Shown here: piece by piece, positions 1-9,131 of the stretch
Numbering within the stretch: position 1 is the stretch's first letter
Layout: each line of letters opens with the position of its first letter
Origin: Nitrospira sp.
Lineage (GTDB): Bacteria; Nitrospirota; Nitrospiria; Nitrospirales; Nitrospiraceae
Direction of reading: 5' to 3'
Length of the DNA stretch: 64,000 nucleotides
Assembly: GCA_047150005.1 (NCBI GenBank)
Contig: AP038806.1
Coordinates: 2,496,001-2,560,000 of the forward strand
Notes under the pieces: generated by a model
Databases searched by the model: none
What the model saw: the letters and a program-made list of their open reading frames with translations, nothing else
Told to the model about the DNA's origin: nothing
Made by a program: the position numbers and the translations under genes

Positions 1-525
1 CTGCTGGTTGGAATCTTGACGCCATTATCCGTGGCTGCCTTCGGCTGGTTTGTGAGTCGGCGTCTCAAACGGCTTGAGCTTGCGCAGTGGTCAAACCAGA
101 AACTCATTGAGAAGCGGTTGAGTGTCTATGATCTGATTGCACCCTTGCTCAACAAGCTTCTGTGTTTTTACACCTGGGTAGGGTATTGGAAGGACATTTC
201 ACCCGGGGATGTTGTCAAAGCCAAGCGTGAACTGGACCAAACGATCAACATCTACCGTCACCTCTTCGACGAAGAGGTTTACACCGCTTACCAGTCCTTC
301 ATCCATGTTCTCTTCAAAACCTATACGGGTCCAGGGCACGACGCAAGAATCCGATCACTGATCCAGGGGCCAGACGGCAATCGCACAACCGACTGCACGT
401 ACAAGTGGGATGAGGCCTGGACGCAGCGATTTTCAACCGGCGATGTAGTGGAGAAAAGAGAAGTTCGGGCGCAGTATGGTCAGCTTATGGAATCTCTTCG
501 TAAGTCCTTGGGAGTCCACAAGTGA
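1..525 (+). CDS. Hypothetical protein, 5'-truncated by the window edge
   Basis: Frame +1 is open from base 1 (LLVGILTPLSVAAFGWFV..., a hydrophobic stretch) to TGA at 525. No family recognised; looks more AT-rich than its neighbours. Confidence 0.6.
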   Translation: MLVGILTPLSVAAFGWFVSRRLKRLELAQWSNQKLIEKRLSVYDLIAPLLNKLLCFYTWVGYWKDISPGDVVKAKRELDQTINIYRHLFDEEVYTAYQSFIHVLFKTYTGPGHDARIRSLIQGPDGNRTTDCTYKWDEAWTQRFSTGDVVEKREVRAQYGQLMESLRKSLGVHK

Positions 526-543
526 CAAGAAGGGTCCAGATGG

Positions 544-740
544 GGGTCGGTTCTTGACTTTTCACTGTCTGGCCCTATCGTGGGCGAGCAGCGCCCGCGT
601 CTTCCTTGAACTTTCCGGTGCGCTCTGCCACAGTGCTGCTCGGACCTTCGGGCGTCTCAAACATCCAGCAGGCATGAACATCCAGACTAACGTTGCCGCA
701 GCAAGAGGTATTCGCGCAGTGCAAAGTCAAGAACTGACCC
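544..740. mobile_element. Non-autonomous inverted-repeat element, probably an internally deleted RAYT (Y1 transposase) remnant
   Basis: 24-bp inverted repeats at 544-567 (GGGTCGGTTCTTGACTTTTCACTG) and 717-740 (CAGTGCAAAGTCAAGAACTGACCC) with 2 mismatches. The interior translates to ARVFLELSGALCHSAAR, resembling the RAYT N-terminus (ARPLRLEFxGALYHVTAR). Confidence 0.6.
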
Positions 741-979
741 TCGATCTTTCTCCTGAGATCCGCTCGCGCCGAACCAGGCGCTGCACCTGACCGGGGCTCA
801 TTACGGGTTTTGGCGAAAAAACGGAGACATTCTACATTTCAGTGTGAGGCTATGCAGTGTCGACCGTTAAGACTGGCGATGGTGTGAGAATAAGTAGCAT
901 GTCCCCGTTTTCTGGATCCCGGGCACGCTGGGTTCTTCTATGAACGAAAGGCCAAGATCGAAATCCGGTGTCGCAGCAC

Positions 980-1543
980 ATGGCGCTGACCTTTCCTTCT
1001 GACGCGAAATTGAAAGATGGCTCCTCTGTCCAATTAGTGTTGGCAGGGGAGCATGACATTGAGCCGCTCAAGGTCCTTTACCGCGTCATCGTCGAAGAAG
1101 GGAATTCCTATCCGCATGACCGGTTTCCCGATCACGACGAATTCATGGACTACTGGTTCCGCGGCAAGACGACTGTCGCAGCCTACAGTTCCGATCGTGA
1201 CCAAGCGAAGGTAATGGCCGGCGCCTTTTATTTGAAGCCCAACTGGCCTGGGCGGGCGGGGCACGTCGCGAACGCAGGGTTCATTGTGGCGCCGGCGTGG
1301 CGGGGTACTGGGCTAGGCTGGCTGCTGGGAACGACGATGCTGGACTATGCCAAGCAGCTCGGCTACCGCAGCGTGATTTTCAATCTCGTATTTTCTGAGA
1401 ACCTCCGCGCGCGTCGGCTGTGGGAGCGGTTGGGATTCTCCCAACTCGGTGTGGTCCCCGGCGCGGTGCGGAAGGACGACGGTTCCTATCAGGACGCGAT
1501 CGTCATGTTCAGGTCCCTGATCGACTCGCCTCTGCATTCGTAA
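980..1543 (+). CDS. GNAT family N-acetyltransferase
   Basis: Acetyl-CoA motif VAPAWRGTGLG plus HVANAGF and N..A..LWERLGF. ATG at 980 chosen over GTG at 968. Confidence 0.9.
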   Translation: MALTFPSDAKLKDGSSVQLVLAGEHDIEPLKVLYRVIVEEGNSYPHDRFPDHDEFMDYWFRGKTTVAAYSSDRDQAKVMAGAFYLKPNWPGRAGHVANAGFIVAPAWRGTGLGWLLGTTMLDYAKQLGYRSVIFNLVFSENLRARRLWERLGFSQLGVVPGAVRKDDGSYQDAIVMFRSLIDSPLHS

Positions 1544-1592
1544 AAACGCCGGGTATTTTCTCGTCGCTTCACGTATACTCACGCTGTCTACA

Positions 1593-1642
1593 GGGGATGG
1601 GGTCCCCCGTATAACTGCCACGGCCAGGCTGATGACTCCTAC
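1593..1642 (+). ncRNA. Fluoride riboswitch (crcB motif)
   Basis: GGGGATGGGGTCCCCC-GTATAACT-GCC...GGC-TGATGACTCCTAC matches the crcB architecture (P1 GGGG/CCCC, pseudoknot GGGGUC/GACUCC, UGAUG...CUAC tail). TATACT -10 box at 1574-1579. Confidence 0.9.
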
Positions 1643-1732
1643 GTTGTATTGCCGCAGCCGTGGAGTCTGTCGCCGTTGTGGCGACAACCGGTCTGACGCA
1701 GTCGAATCCTGGCCGGAACGGAGGACCCCCGG

Positions 1733-2935
1733 ATGGAACCGATCTTCATTACCGTTTCCCTGTGGCTCGCCCTTGCAGTCGTCTCCGCCCTTCTGGCTTC
1801 TTCGTTGAGCCTCTCCATTGCCCTCGTCGAAATTTGTGTGGGTGTCGGCGTGTCTGCCGTGATTGGTGTCTTCGGTTCCGGCGATGTGCTGGCGGTCAAT
1901 TCGGAGTGGCTCCGATTCCTGGCCGCTTCCGGAGCCGTTGTGCTGACATTCCTCGCAGGAGCCGAGTTGGACCCCGACGTTCTCCGTAAGAAGCTCGCCG
2001 AGGTCAATGTCGTCGGGCTCATAGGCTTCGCTGCGCCGTTTCTCGGTTGCGCCGCGGTGGCCTACTATCTATTGGGATGGGACGCCAACGCGAGTTGGCT
2101 ATGCGGGGTGGCACTTTCGACGACCTCTATGGCGGTCGTGTATGCCGTCATGCTGGAAACCGGTCTCAACAAGACGGAATTTGGGAAAGGGATCTTGGGT
2201 TCCTGTTTCATCAACGACCTGGGTACGGTGATCGCGCTCGGACTGCTGTTTGCTCCGTTCACCTACAAGACCATCGTCTTCGTCGTGGGTACCATTGCAG
2301 TGTTGGTGTCGCTGCCTGCAGCCACGGCCTGGCTCACCAAACACTATGCCAACCGGACGGCCGCGATCAGGACCAAGTGGGTCATGTTGATCTTGTTTGG
2401 ATTGGGAGCATTGGCCCTGTGGTCGGGGAGCGAAGCCGTGCTTCCGGCCTACCTCGTCGGCATGGTGCTCGCGGGGACCGCCGCGAGAGACGGGCATTGG
2501 ATGAGAAGACTGAGAACGCTGACCGTGGGGTTTCTCACTCCGTTTTATTTTCTTCGTGCCGGGACTCTGGTGTCCTTGCCGGCCTTGCTCGGGGCGCCGT
2601 TGGTCTTCCTCGCCTTACTGGCAGGGAAGGTGGTCTCCAAAATCCTTGGTCTGTATCCGGTGATCGGCGTCTTCCGGCGTGAACAACGCGAACGGTGGTA
2701 TTACACCCTTCTGATGTCGACGGGATTGACGTTTGGCACGATCTCGTCACTCTATGGATTGGCGCACGGGATCGTGACCCAGGAGCAGTATTCCTTTCTT
2801 GTGGCAGCGGTCATTGCGAGCGCCGTGGTTCCTACGGTTATTGCCGGGATGTTCTTCGTCCCAACGCATTTGTTGCCTGAGAAAGAACACCCGGTAGGAA
2901 CAAGACGCCTCAATGGATTGAGCGACGAAGGCTAG
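1733..2935 (+). CDS. Cation:proton antiporter (Na+/H+ exchanger, CPA family)
   Basis: Very hydrophobic multi-TM 400-aa ORF with FLAGAELD, ALSTTSMAVV and FINDL motifs. GGAGG RBS. Confidence 0.85.
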   Translation: MEPIFITVSLWLALAVVSALLASSLSLSIALVEICVGVGVSAVIGVFGSGDVLAVNSEWLRFLAASGAVVLTFLAGAELDPDVLRKKLAEVNVVGLIGFAAPFLGCAAVAYYLLGWDANASWLCGVALSTTSMAVVYAVMLETGLNKTEFGKGILGSCFINDLGTVIALGLLFAPFTYKTIVFVVGTIAVLVSLPAATAWLTKHYANRTAAIRTKWVMLILFGLGALALWSGSEAVLPAYLVGMVLAGTAARDGHWMRRLRTLTVGFLTPFYFLRAGTLVSLPALLGAPLVFLALLAGKVVSKILGLYPVIGVFRREQRERWYYTLLMSTGLTFGTISSLYGLAHGIVTQEQYSFLVAAVIASAVVPTVIAGMFFVPTHLLPEKEHPVGTRRLNGLSDEG

Positions 2936-2948
2936 GGTGGAACGGCCG

Positions 2949-5615
2949 TTAGGCCGGGGTGCGGGTCATCAAACGGTGGTCTTTCGCGAACCATCGACGG
3001 ACCAACGTTTCCACCGACTGGAAGTGGCGCTCCGGCAGATTCTTGAACCGTCGTTTGCATTCGGCCAGCGCGTCATCGGGGGAAGAACAGGGCTCGATGA
3101 CCGAGAGCAGATGCTGGTAATAGTCCGTCAGTTTGAGCTCGACGGTCCTGACCTGCCCTGGGTCACCGGCCACGTTCGAGGCGGCTTTCGTCCGGTCGCC
3201 GTCTGCGTCGACCAGAGCTTGAAAGCACAGGCCCTTCAAACGCTGCGTGACGGTGCTCCGGTCCCAGCCCAACGCTTTGGCCGTCGCCTGCATGTCAAAG
3301 TTCTGTCGTCTCAGGCAGTCCAGGACGGCCTTGTCGCCGGCTGTATCGGGCGAGAGCGAAATTCGTTCCTTCTCCCGGGCCGTCCCGCGGGATTCGAGAT
3401 GCAGAGCGGGCGCCGACAGGACCGGCTGGTCGCTCAATGCGACGGCCCGTTCCAGTGTGTGGCGAAGCTCGCGGACGTTCCCGGGCCATGCGTGTTCCTC
3501 CAGGGCACGCAACGCGTCGTTGGAGAGCTTCGGGATCGGCTTTCCCAGTTGCCGGGCGATGTCGGTCAGCGCGGCTTCCGCCAGACTTGCGATGTCGCCG
3601 AGCCGTTCCCGCAGCGGCGGCAGCCGGAATACCAAGCCGGTCAGCCGGAAATATAGATCCTCGCGGAACCATCCTTCCGACACCCCCCGCAGGAGATCCC
3701 GGTTGGTCGCAGCGACGACGCGGACGTCCACCGTCGTGGCGGTGGTTGCTCCGACCCGATAGAACGACTTCTCCTGCAGCACCCGCAGCAACTTGCTTTG
3801 GTGATCGAGTCTGAGGTCGCCGATCTCGTCCAAGAAGATCGTCCCGTGGTTGGCAAGCTCAAAATAGCCGCGACGGTCGACGGTTGCACCAGTGAAGCTG
3901 CCTTTGGTATGGCCGAAGAGTTCGCTCTCGAACAACTCGGGTGAAACGGCGGCCATGTTCACGGCGACGAAGGTCTTGCCGGCTCGTGGGCTGAGACGGT
4001 GGACGGCCCGCGCAAAAAGTTCCTTTCCGGTTCCCGGTTCACCAAGCAGCAAGACCGTGAGGGGCGACTTGGCCCCTTTCTTCACGTCGTGGAACAGACG
4101 AAGCAATGTCGGATCCTGGGTTACGATGCCGAGTTGCCGGCTTTCCGATCGAAGTTGATCGAGTTCCGCGTCGCCGAGCGATCCGGCCTGTATCCCTGCT
4201 TCGCGGAGGCCGTGGATCTGTCGCTCTAACTGTTCGAGCCGCCAGCGGGCTTCCTGCTCCTGTGACTGAACGGTCGTCAACTCGGCCCGCAAGGATTCGG
4301 TCGTGCGCGAAAGGTCTTCCTGTTCCCCGGCTGATCTGGCGACAGCGGCCCTTGCCGCATCCAGATCTTCCTGCAGCGCCTCTGCCCGGCTCTCGTGTCG
4401 GGTTAGAGATTCCCTTACTGCCGCCTCATCCTGCCGAATGCGCAGCATGTCGCGTTCGAGCAACACCAGCCGCTGGCTCGCAGTCAGATGGGTCCAAGCC
4501 GTGCCGCCCATGACGACGAAGAGGGACGCGGCCAACGGCAGCGTCGTGGGAAGGACGAGGTACAGCACCGGCAGGACCGCAGCGAGGAGGGCGAGATAGA
4601 GCAGGACCGTCGCCACGGCGGCAAGGAGCCCGGTCGATCCCCCATAGCGCAGTAGCCACCAGCCGACAAGGGAGGCGAGCAGCAGGGTGATTGTGAATTG
4701 TGCGAGCGCGCCTGGTCTGGCCATCTGCCGGTGGGTGAGCAGGCTGTTGAGCAGGTGGAGATGCATGACCGGGCCGTTCACCGACAGGCCTGTGGGCAGG
4801 AGCCAGGTGTCCTGGGCGGAGCCGGTCAGGATGACGACGACCTTGTCCTTGAACCAGTCCTGCAGCGCGTCACGGTCCCGTTGCCGGACCGCATTCCATA
4901 CCGCCGACAGCGGCAATGTCGGGAGGGAATCGAGCGATCCGTTGCCGACCACGTTGACCAGGACAGGTCTTGCCGATGTCGTTGCCAAGGCTTCCGCCCG
5001 CGGCGCCTGTTTCTGTCGGGACACGTCATACAGTACCGAGCCGAAGGCCGGGAGAGTCCGTGCGTTGACCGAGGCCAAGAGAGGAATGTGGCGGGTTACG
5101 TGATCCGGCTGGGTCGTCACCATCACATGGCTCGGAATGGCTGCTTCTGAGGACAGGGTCGAGTCCAGCCCTTGGGCGAAGACAATTGGACCGGACATTT
5201 CGATCGCTTCCAGAAGCAGCGCATCGCTTGCTGCGCCGCCCAGCTGGGCGGGACTGGCATAATCGAGGCGATGGTCGAGGCCGATGCCCGACGCCCCCGC
5301 GTCATGTGCGGCCGTGATCAGGGTCGCGAGCACACTTCGATCCAACGGACCGGCGCCGAACCGATCGTCGACGGCCGGATCGCGCTGGATGACCGTCAAT
5401 GAGGGGCTGACCTGGATCGGCGCGCGATGACGCAGCCAGGTGTCGTATGGAGCCCACTCCAACGTGGTGAAGGTTGCCGGTGCCAGGGTTTGAAGCGAGA
5501 GGGCGCACAGTGTCGCAAGGAGACCGATGGCAGGTGCCTGGAGCGGAAGCGACGTGATGAGGAGGCGCCAGATCCGGATGCCGTCCATGTTCCGCCTATG
5601 GTGTTGCGAACTCAT
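2949..5615 (-). CDS. Membrane-anchored sigma-54-dependent activator with CHASE2 sensor domain
   Basis: N-terminal TM, CHASE2-like region (LEWAPYD, KDKVVVI, GPVMHLHLLNSLL), three TMs and a coiled coil. AAA+ domain has GEPGTGKE, ESELFGHTKGSFTGA and FLDEIGD; Fis-type HTH (TAKALGWDRSTV). True start may be 5588. Confidence 0.85.
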   Translation of the reverse strand: MSSQHHRRNMDGIRIWRLLITSLPLQAPAIGLLATLCALSLQTLAPATFTTLEWAPYDTWLRHRAPIQVSPSLTVIQRDPAVDDRFGAGPLDRSVLATLITAAHDAGASGIGLDHRLDYASPAQLGGAASDALLLEAIEMSGPIVFAQGLDSTLSSEAAIPSHVMVTTQPDHVTRHIPLLASVNARTLPAFGSVLYDVSRQKQAPRAEALATTSARPVLVNVVGNGSLDSLPTLPLSAVWNAVRQRDRDALQDWFKDKVVVILTGSAQDTWLLPTGLSVNGPVMHLHLLNSLLTHRQMARPGALAQFTITLLLASLVGWWLLRYGGSTGLLAAVATVLLYLALLAAVLPVLYLVLPTTLPLAASLFVVMGGTAWTHLTASQRLVLLERDMLRIRQDEAAVRESLTRHESRAEALQEDLDAARAAVARSAGEQEDLSRTTESLRAELTTVQSQEQEARWRLEQLERQIHGLREAGIQAGSLGDAELDQLRSESRQLGIVTQDPTLLRLFHDVKKGAKSPLTVLLLGEPGTGKELFARAVHRLSPRAGKTFVAVNMAAVSPELFESELFGHTKGSFTGATVDRRGYFELANHGTIFLDEIGDLRLDHQSKLLRVLQEKSFYRVGATTATTVDVRVVAATNRDLLRGVSEGWFREDLYFRLTGLVFRLPPLRERLGDIASLAEAALTDIARQLGKPIPKLSNDALRALEEHAWPGNVRELRHTLERAVALSDQPVLSAPALHLESRGTAREKERISLSPDTAGDKAVLDCLRRQNFDMQATAKALGWDRSTVTQRLKGLCFQALVDADGDRTKAASNVAGDPGQVRTVELKLTDYYQHLLSVIEPCSSPDDALAECKRRFKNLPERHFQSVETLVRRWFAKDHRLMTRTPA

Positions 5616-6909
5616 CCAGCACGGCCTTCACCTCCTGCTTCGGGAGTCCTTTTAATGCGGCCTTGGCCTTCCGAAGGTCCGGTGCGGTGCCGAGCCCTTT
5701 GCCGTAGATGCGAGCGACGGTCTTTTTCGCGGGAGCGAAGCCGTCGGCCGCCGTCGTCTCGAAACAGGTCAGCAGGGCGGGATCATAGGGCGGCAGCTGC
5801 TGATCCCATCCCGTCTCATACAGTTTGGCCAACTCGGCCTGTGACGGTTCGCTGAGTGCATAGGCTTCCTTCAGGAGAACGGAAACGGCTGCATCGGCGC
5901 GATTCTGTTTCAGGAGTGTGATGCCGAGGGTCTCGCCATTTTCGATCTGAACTGGCTGAGCCTGCTGGACCTTTTCGAGAAACTCGCTCTGCACACGCTC
6001 ACGATAGGCCTGAAACGCCTCGAGCGTCTCCTTGCGCTTGCGTTCCGGCTGATCGGGTGACAACGCCAGCCGTCTGGTCTTCGAGAGGGCTTCAGAGGCC
6101 GGTTGGTGATCGAACTCCTCGGCCTTCGCCCACCAATAGATGGCCGAAACCAGATTCTTCTGAACGCCCTGGCCGCCTTTGTAGGCGTTGCCGAGAAAGA
6201 ATTGGGCCTGCGGCACACCGCCCTTGGCCGCTTCCTCCATGAACTGCGCCGCCTCCTCACCACGATTGATCAGTTTTAGCAACAGTGCCAGGCGATAGCG
6301 CGCATCAGGAAAATTCGGCTGCAGCTCCAGCGCCTGTCGATAGGAATCGATCGCCGCCTTCACGTTCCCGCCCGTGTACTGCACGCTCCCGAGGCTGTAA
6401 TGCGCATGAGCCAGCGTGGAATCCAGCTGGACGGCTTCCTTCAGCGCGGCGGAGGCTCCGCGCCAGTCCTGCTTGGCCATGAGGAGCACCCCAAGCTGCA
6501 AGTGCGCTTGCGGATCCGAGGCGTTCAACTTGATCGCGGTACGGCATTCTTCGATCGCGGCATCGAGATCTCCGATTCGATAGAGTCCGCGCGCGAGGTT
6601 CAAACGGTTTTCCGCATTCTGAGGCGCCAGACGGGCCGCGTTGCGGAGTTCGCTGAGGGCAAGTGCGACGTCCTCTTCCTGCTCGTCCACCGGCGGTTCC
6701 GGCGATGGCGCCTCTGTGCGTGGCGGTGTCAGAGGGCTACTCTCGATCGGCGGTGGGCTTTCGACGAGCGGCGGGCTCTCAGCGAGGGGTGGATTGTCGA
6801 CGAGAGGTGGCGCCGTCGGCTCGTCCGGCATCTGGGAATACGAAGGACCGGGCGGGAACAGCAGCGCGAGGGACGCGGCCAGAATGGTCACGGGTACCGA
6901 TCGACGCAT
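5596..6909 (-). CDS. Exported TPR / Sel1-repeat protein
   Basis: Signal peptide, Pro-rich linker, TPR repeats (AHLQLG, AHYSLG) and a Sel1 repeat (AQFFLGNAYKGGQGV). Confidence 0.85.
   Translation of the reverse strand: MRRSVPVTILAASLALLFPPGPSYSQMPDEPTAPPLVDNPPLAESPPLVESPPPIESSPLTPPRTEAPSPEPPVDEQEEDVALALSELRNAARLAPQNAENRLNLARGLYRIGDLDAAIEECRTAIKLNASDPQAHLQLGVLLMAKQDWRGASAALKEAVQLDSTLAHAHYSLGSVQYTGGNVKAAIDSYRQALELQPNFPDARYRLALLLKLINRGEEAAQFMEEAAKGGVPQAQFFLGNAYKGGQGVQKNLVSAIYWWAKAEEFDHQPASEALSKTRRLALSPDQPERKRKETLEAFQAYRERVQSEFLEKVQQAQPVQIENGETLGITLLKQNRADAAVSVLLKEAYALSEPSQAELAKLYETGWDQQLPPYDPALLTCFETTAADGFAPAKKTVARIYGKGLGTAPDLRKAKAALKGLPKQEVKAVLDEFATP
6730..6810 (-). repeat. Imperfect in-frame 18-bp tandem repeat (Pro-rich hexapeptide)
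   Basis: PPLVDN-PPLAES-PPLVES-PPPIES-SPL in the TPR protein linker. Confidence 0.6.
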
Positions 6910-7014
6910 GAAAGCCTGCGACCCTCCGACTCGGTGTGGCAGCCGGAAACATTATAGCATTCGATTGGAGGATCGGGGTCCAATCTATCTGGGACCAGGA
7001 CGCCTCAGCGAGGG

Positions 7015-7464
7015 CTACCGCAGTCTAGCAATAGCTCCCGAGATGGACCGAAGTCTGTCCTGGAGGTCGGCCCCGGTTAGGCGGACCGGTTCATGCGGGA
7101 CGCGCCAGACCGGTTCGAGCGGAGCCGGGTCTGTCGTCAACCGGGGAATCACATGCCAATGGATGTGCGGAAGCTGGTTGCCGAGCAATTCGTAATTGAT
7201 CTTGTGGGCTCCGAAGGTCTCGGCCAGAGCCTTGGCCGCCACGTTCACTTCTTCCATCAGCTGGATACGTTCCGTGGGAGCCAGGTGAAACAACTCAGTG
7301 GCGTGCCGTTTGAAGACGATGACCGTCCATCCAGGAAAATACTGATCATCGTACAGAAAGGCCTTGGAGAGCCCCAGGTCCGTGATGAACTGATCGGTCC
7401 CTGGCCACTGTCCTCCGCAGGCTCGGCAAGAGGGGTCGGTCACGGTTGGTTCGCCTTCCGCCAT
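7015..7464 (-). CDS. HIT family protein
   Basis: Histidine triad PHIHWHVIPR and N-terminal CxxC. Confidence 0.9.
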   Translation of the reverse strand: MAEGEPTVTDPSCRACGGQWPGTDQFITDLGLSKAFLYDDQYFPGWTVIVFKRHATELFHLAPTERIQLMEEVNVAAKALAETFGAHKINYELLGNQLPHIHWHVIPRLTTDPAPLEPVWRVPHEPVRLTGADLQDRLRSISGAIARLR

Positions 7465-8084
7465 TCTTCCTCGGTAATGACCCCCTTTTTGAGCAACAGC
7501 TGGATGAGTTTCTCGGTCTGCCGCTCCTGGGCTTGGTTGCGGGGAGAACTGGGCTGTGCTTGGGTCTGCTGTTTGGGCTCGGGCGGGGGCCGTCGCATTC
7601 CGTAGACCTTGAATGACGGTGTGAAGACGATCATGTAGTCCTTGTTGCGGAGCCGGACACTGGCGGGGAGACTTTGGCTGTAGGGGATGAGATCGGGATT
7701 CGCGCCGGATGGAATTCGGAAGTAGGGTCTCCCGTCCGATGTCTCTCCCTCCTGTCCCAACACTTCCATGCGGCTCAAAATCGGATCGCTGTTCAGGTTC
7801 TCTCGTTCCTCGCCGCCGAGGTTGGTCACCTTGTCGAGCACGATGAACAGGGAATCTCCCACGAAGGTTTCGGAGGACAGGTTCTTGGCGCTGACGTCAT
7901 ACCGGTACTCGCTGTTGAAATTGTCTCGCCCTTTGAGGGTAACGACGGCGGAGACCTTGCCGGTCAGGTCGCTGAGCTGGTCGATCGAAGAGGCGACGGC
8001 CACGGAGAAAGCGATGACGACCGTTACCATGGCTGTCCCGCAGCAACCGGCGATCAGTTCGAGACGTCGAGGCGTCCGTGACAT
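7440..8084 (-). CDS. Hypothetical exported protein with C-terminal SHOCT-like helix
   Basis: Hydrophobic N-terminus; C-terminus LIQLLLKKGVITEEEW; overlaps the HIT gene start. Confidence 0.7.
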   Translation of the reverse strand: MSRTPRRLELIAGCCGTAMVTVVIAFSVAVASSIDQLSDLTGKVSAVVTLKGRDNFNSEYRYDVSAKNLSSETFVGDSLFIVLDKVTNLGGEERENLNSDPILSRMEVLGQEGETSDGRPYFRIPSGANPDLIPYSQSLPASVRLRNKDYMIVFTPSFKVYGMRRPPPEPKQQTQAQPSSPRNQAQERQTEKLIQLLLKKGVITEEEWRKANQP

Positions 8085-8259
8085 GGCTTCCTCTGCCGAG
8101 ACAACAGCTGTCTGCCGACGAGTGGAACGGGTCAGAGCATAGCAAAGATCCGGGGATTCAGCGAGACTCTTCTCGACGGACTCGTCTTGACACCTCGTTT
8201 CAGCCGACGATATCCTCCGTGCATCCGAGGCAGGATTCCGGCGGCCGTCGCTCCTCTCT

Positions 8260-9129
8260 ATGAGACCACCCAGGATTAGGTCGGCTCCGTTGGTCGTTCC
8301 GCAGGCGCTGGTTTCCCGACTGCTTCGGCTCTACGACTATCCGCATCCCCACCAGAAAGGTAAGACCATCCGAGGCTACGATCGCCCGCATGCGGTGCGG
8401 ACGGCCAAGATGTGCGCGGCTGTCGCCACAGAGCTGGGTCACGACCCCGAGCGCGTGCGCCAATACCAGATCGCCTGTCTGTTGCACGACTTGGGCCGAG
8501 CCGGCTTGGATCGCCGACTCTTCGGGAAGATTTGGTCTTGGGCCAAGGCGCATGGGATCCCCACGAGACCGCGCGAATGGCGGACCATACATCCGGAGAC
8601 CGTCTATGGACGCGAGACCGAAGCCTTTCTCTCCCGCTATCGTCAGGAGTTGGAAGCAGACGGGATCGACATGACGCCTTGGGCGGTGGAACAGGTCGAG
8701 ATGCGACTGGGCTATGCCCGCCGCCTGGCCCGCCGGCTGCGCACCGTCCGTTCGGCCATCAAGCGGCTGGGCATTCGATGGGAGCCCTGGATGCAGGCGG
8801 TGATGCTCTACTATTATTATCCGGAAAAGCTCGCCGGGGCCAAACCGTGGGTCAGACAACTGGCGGAAGTGCTGGTGGCCTGCGAACAGTTCGAAGCGTA
8901 CAGCAACCAGCGGCGGGGCCGGGACTATTATGTGCGACGGAAGGAAACGATTCCCGAAGCGTTTGCCTATCTTGCCGCGTTGCAGCGGGAAGGGATTCTG
9001 AGTTCCGACGTTACGCGCACGCTCAAGCGCCTGGCCGCGGGCGGGGTATTCGACGAAGTTCTGGCGGAGGCGCGTGGACGTCGACTGACTCCGACGGATC
9101 GCAAGGCGCTCCGCGGGATGAAGAGGTGA
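8260..9129 (+). CDS. HD-domain protein
   Basis: HAVRTA...ACLLHDLGR motif. Confidence 0.75.
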   Translation: MRPPRIRSAPLVVPQALVSRLLRLYDYPHPHQKGKTIRGYDRPHAVRTAKMCAAVATELGHDPERVRQYQIACLLHDLGRAGLDRRLFGKIWSWAKAHGIPTRPREWRTIHPETVYGRETEAFLSRYRQELEADGIDMTPWAVEQVEMRLGYARRLARRLRTVRSAIKRLGIRWEPWMQAVMLYYYYPEKLAGAKPWVRQLAEVLVACEQFEAYSNQRRGRDYYVRRKETIPEAFAYLAALQREGILSSDVTRTLKRLAAGGVFDEVLAEARGRRLTPTDRKALRGMKR

Positions 9130-9131
9130 GC

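Noticed and set aside
8412..9131. 380-aa ORF as an N-terminally extended YjbQ
   Set aside because: The extension overlaps the HD gene in another frame and looks like a GC-rich shadow frame; the RBS supports a start at 9132.
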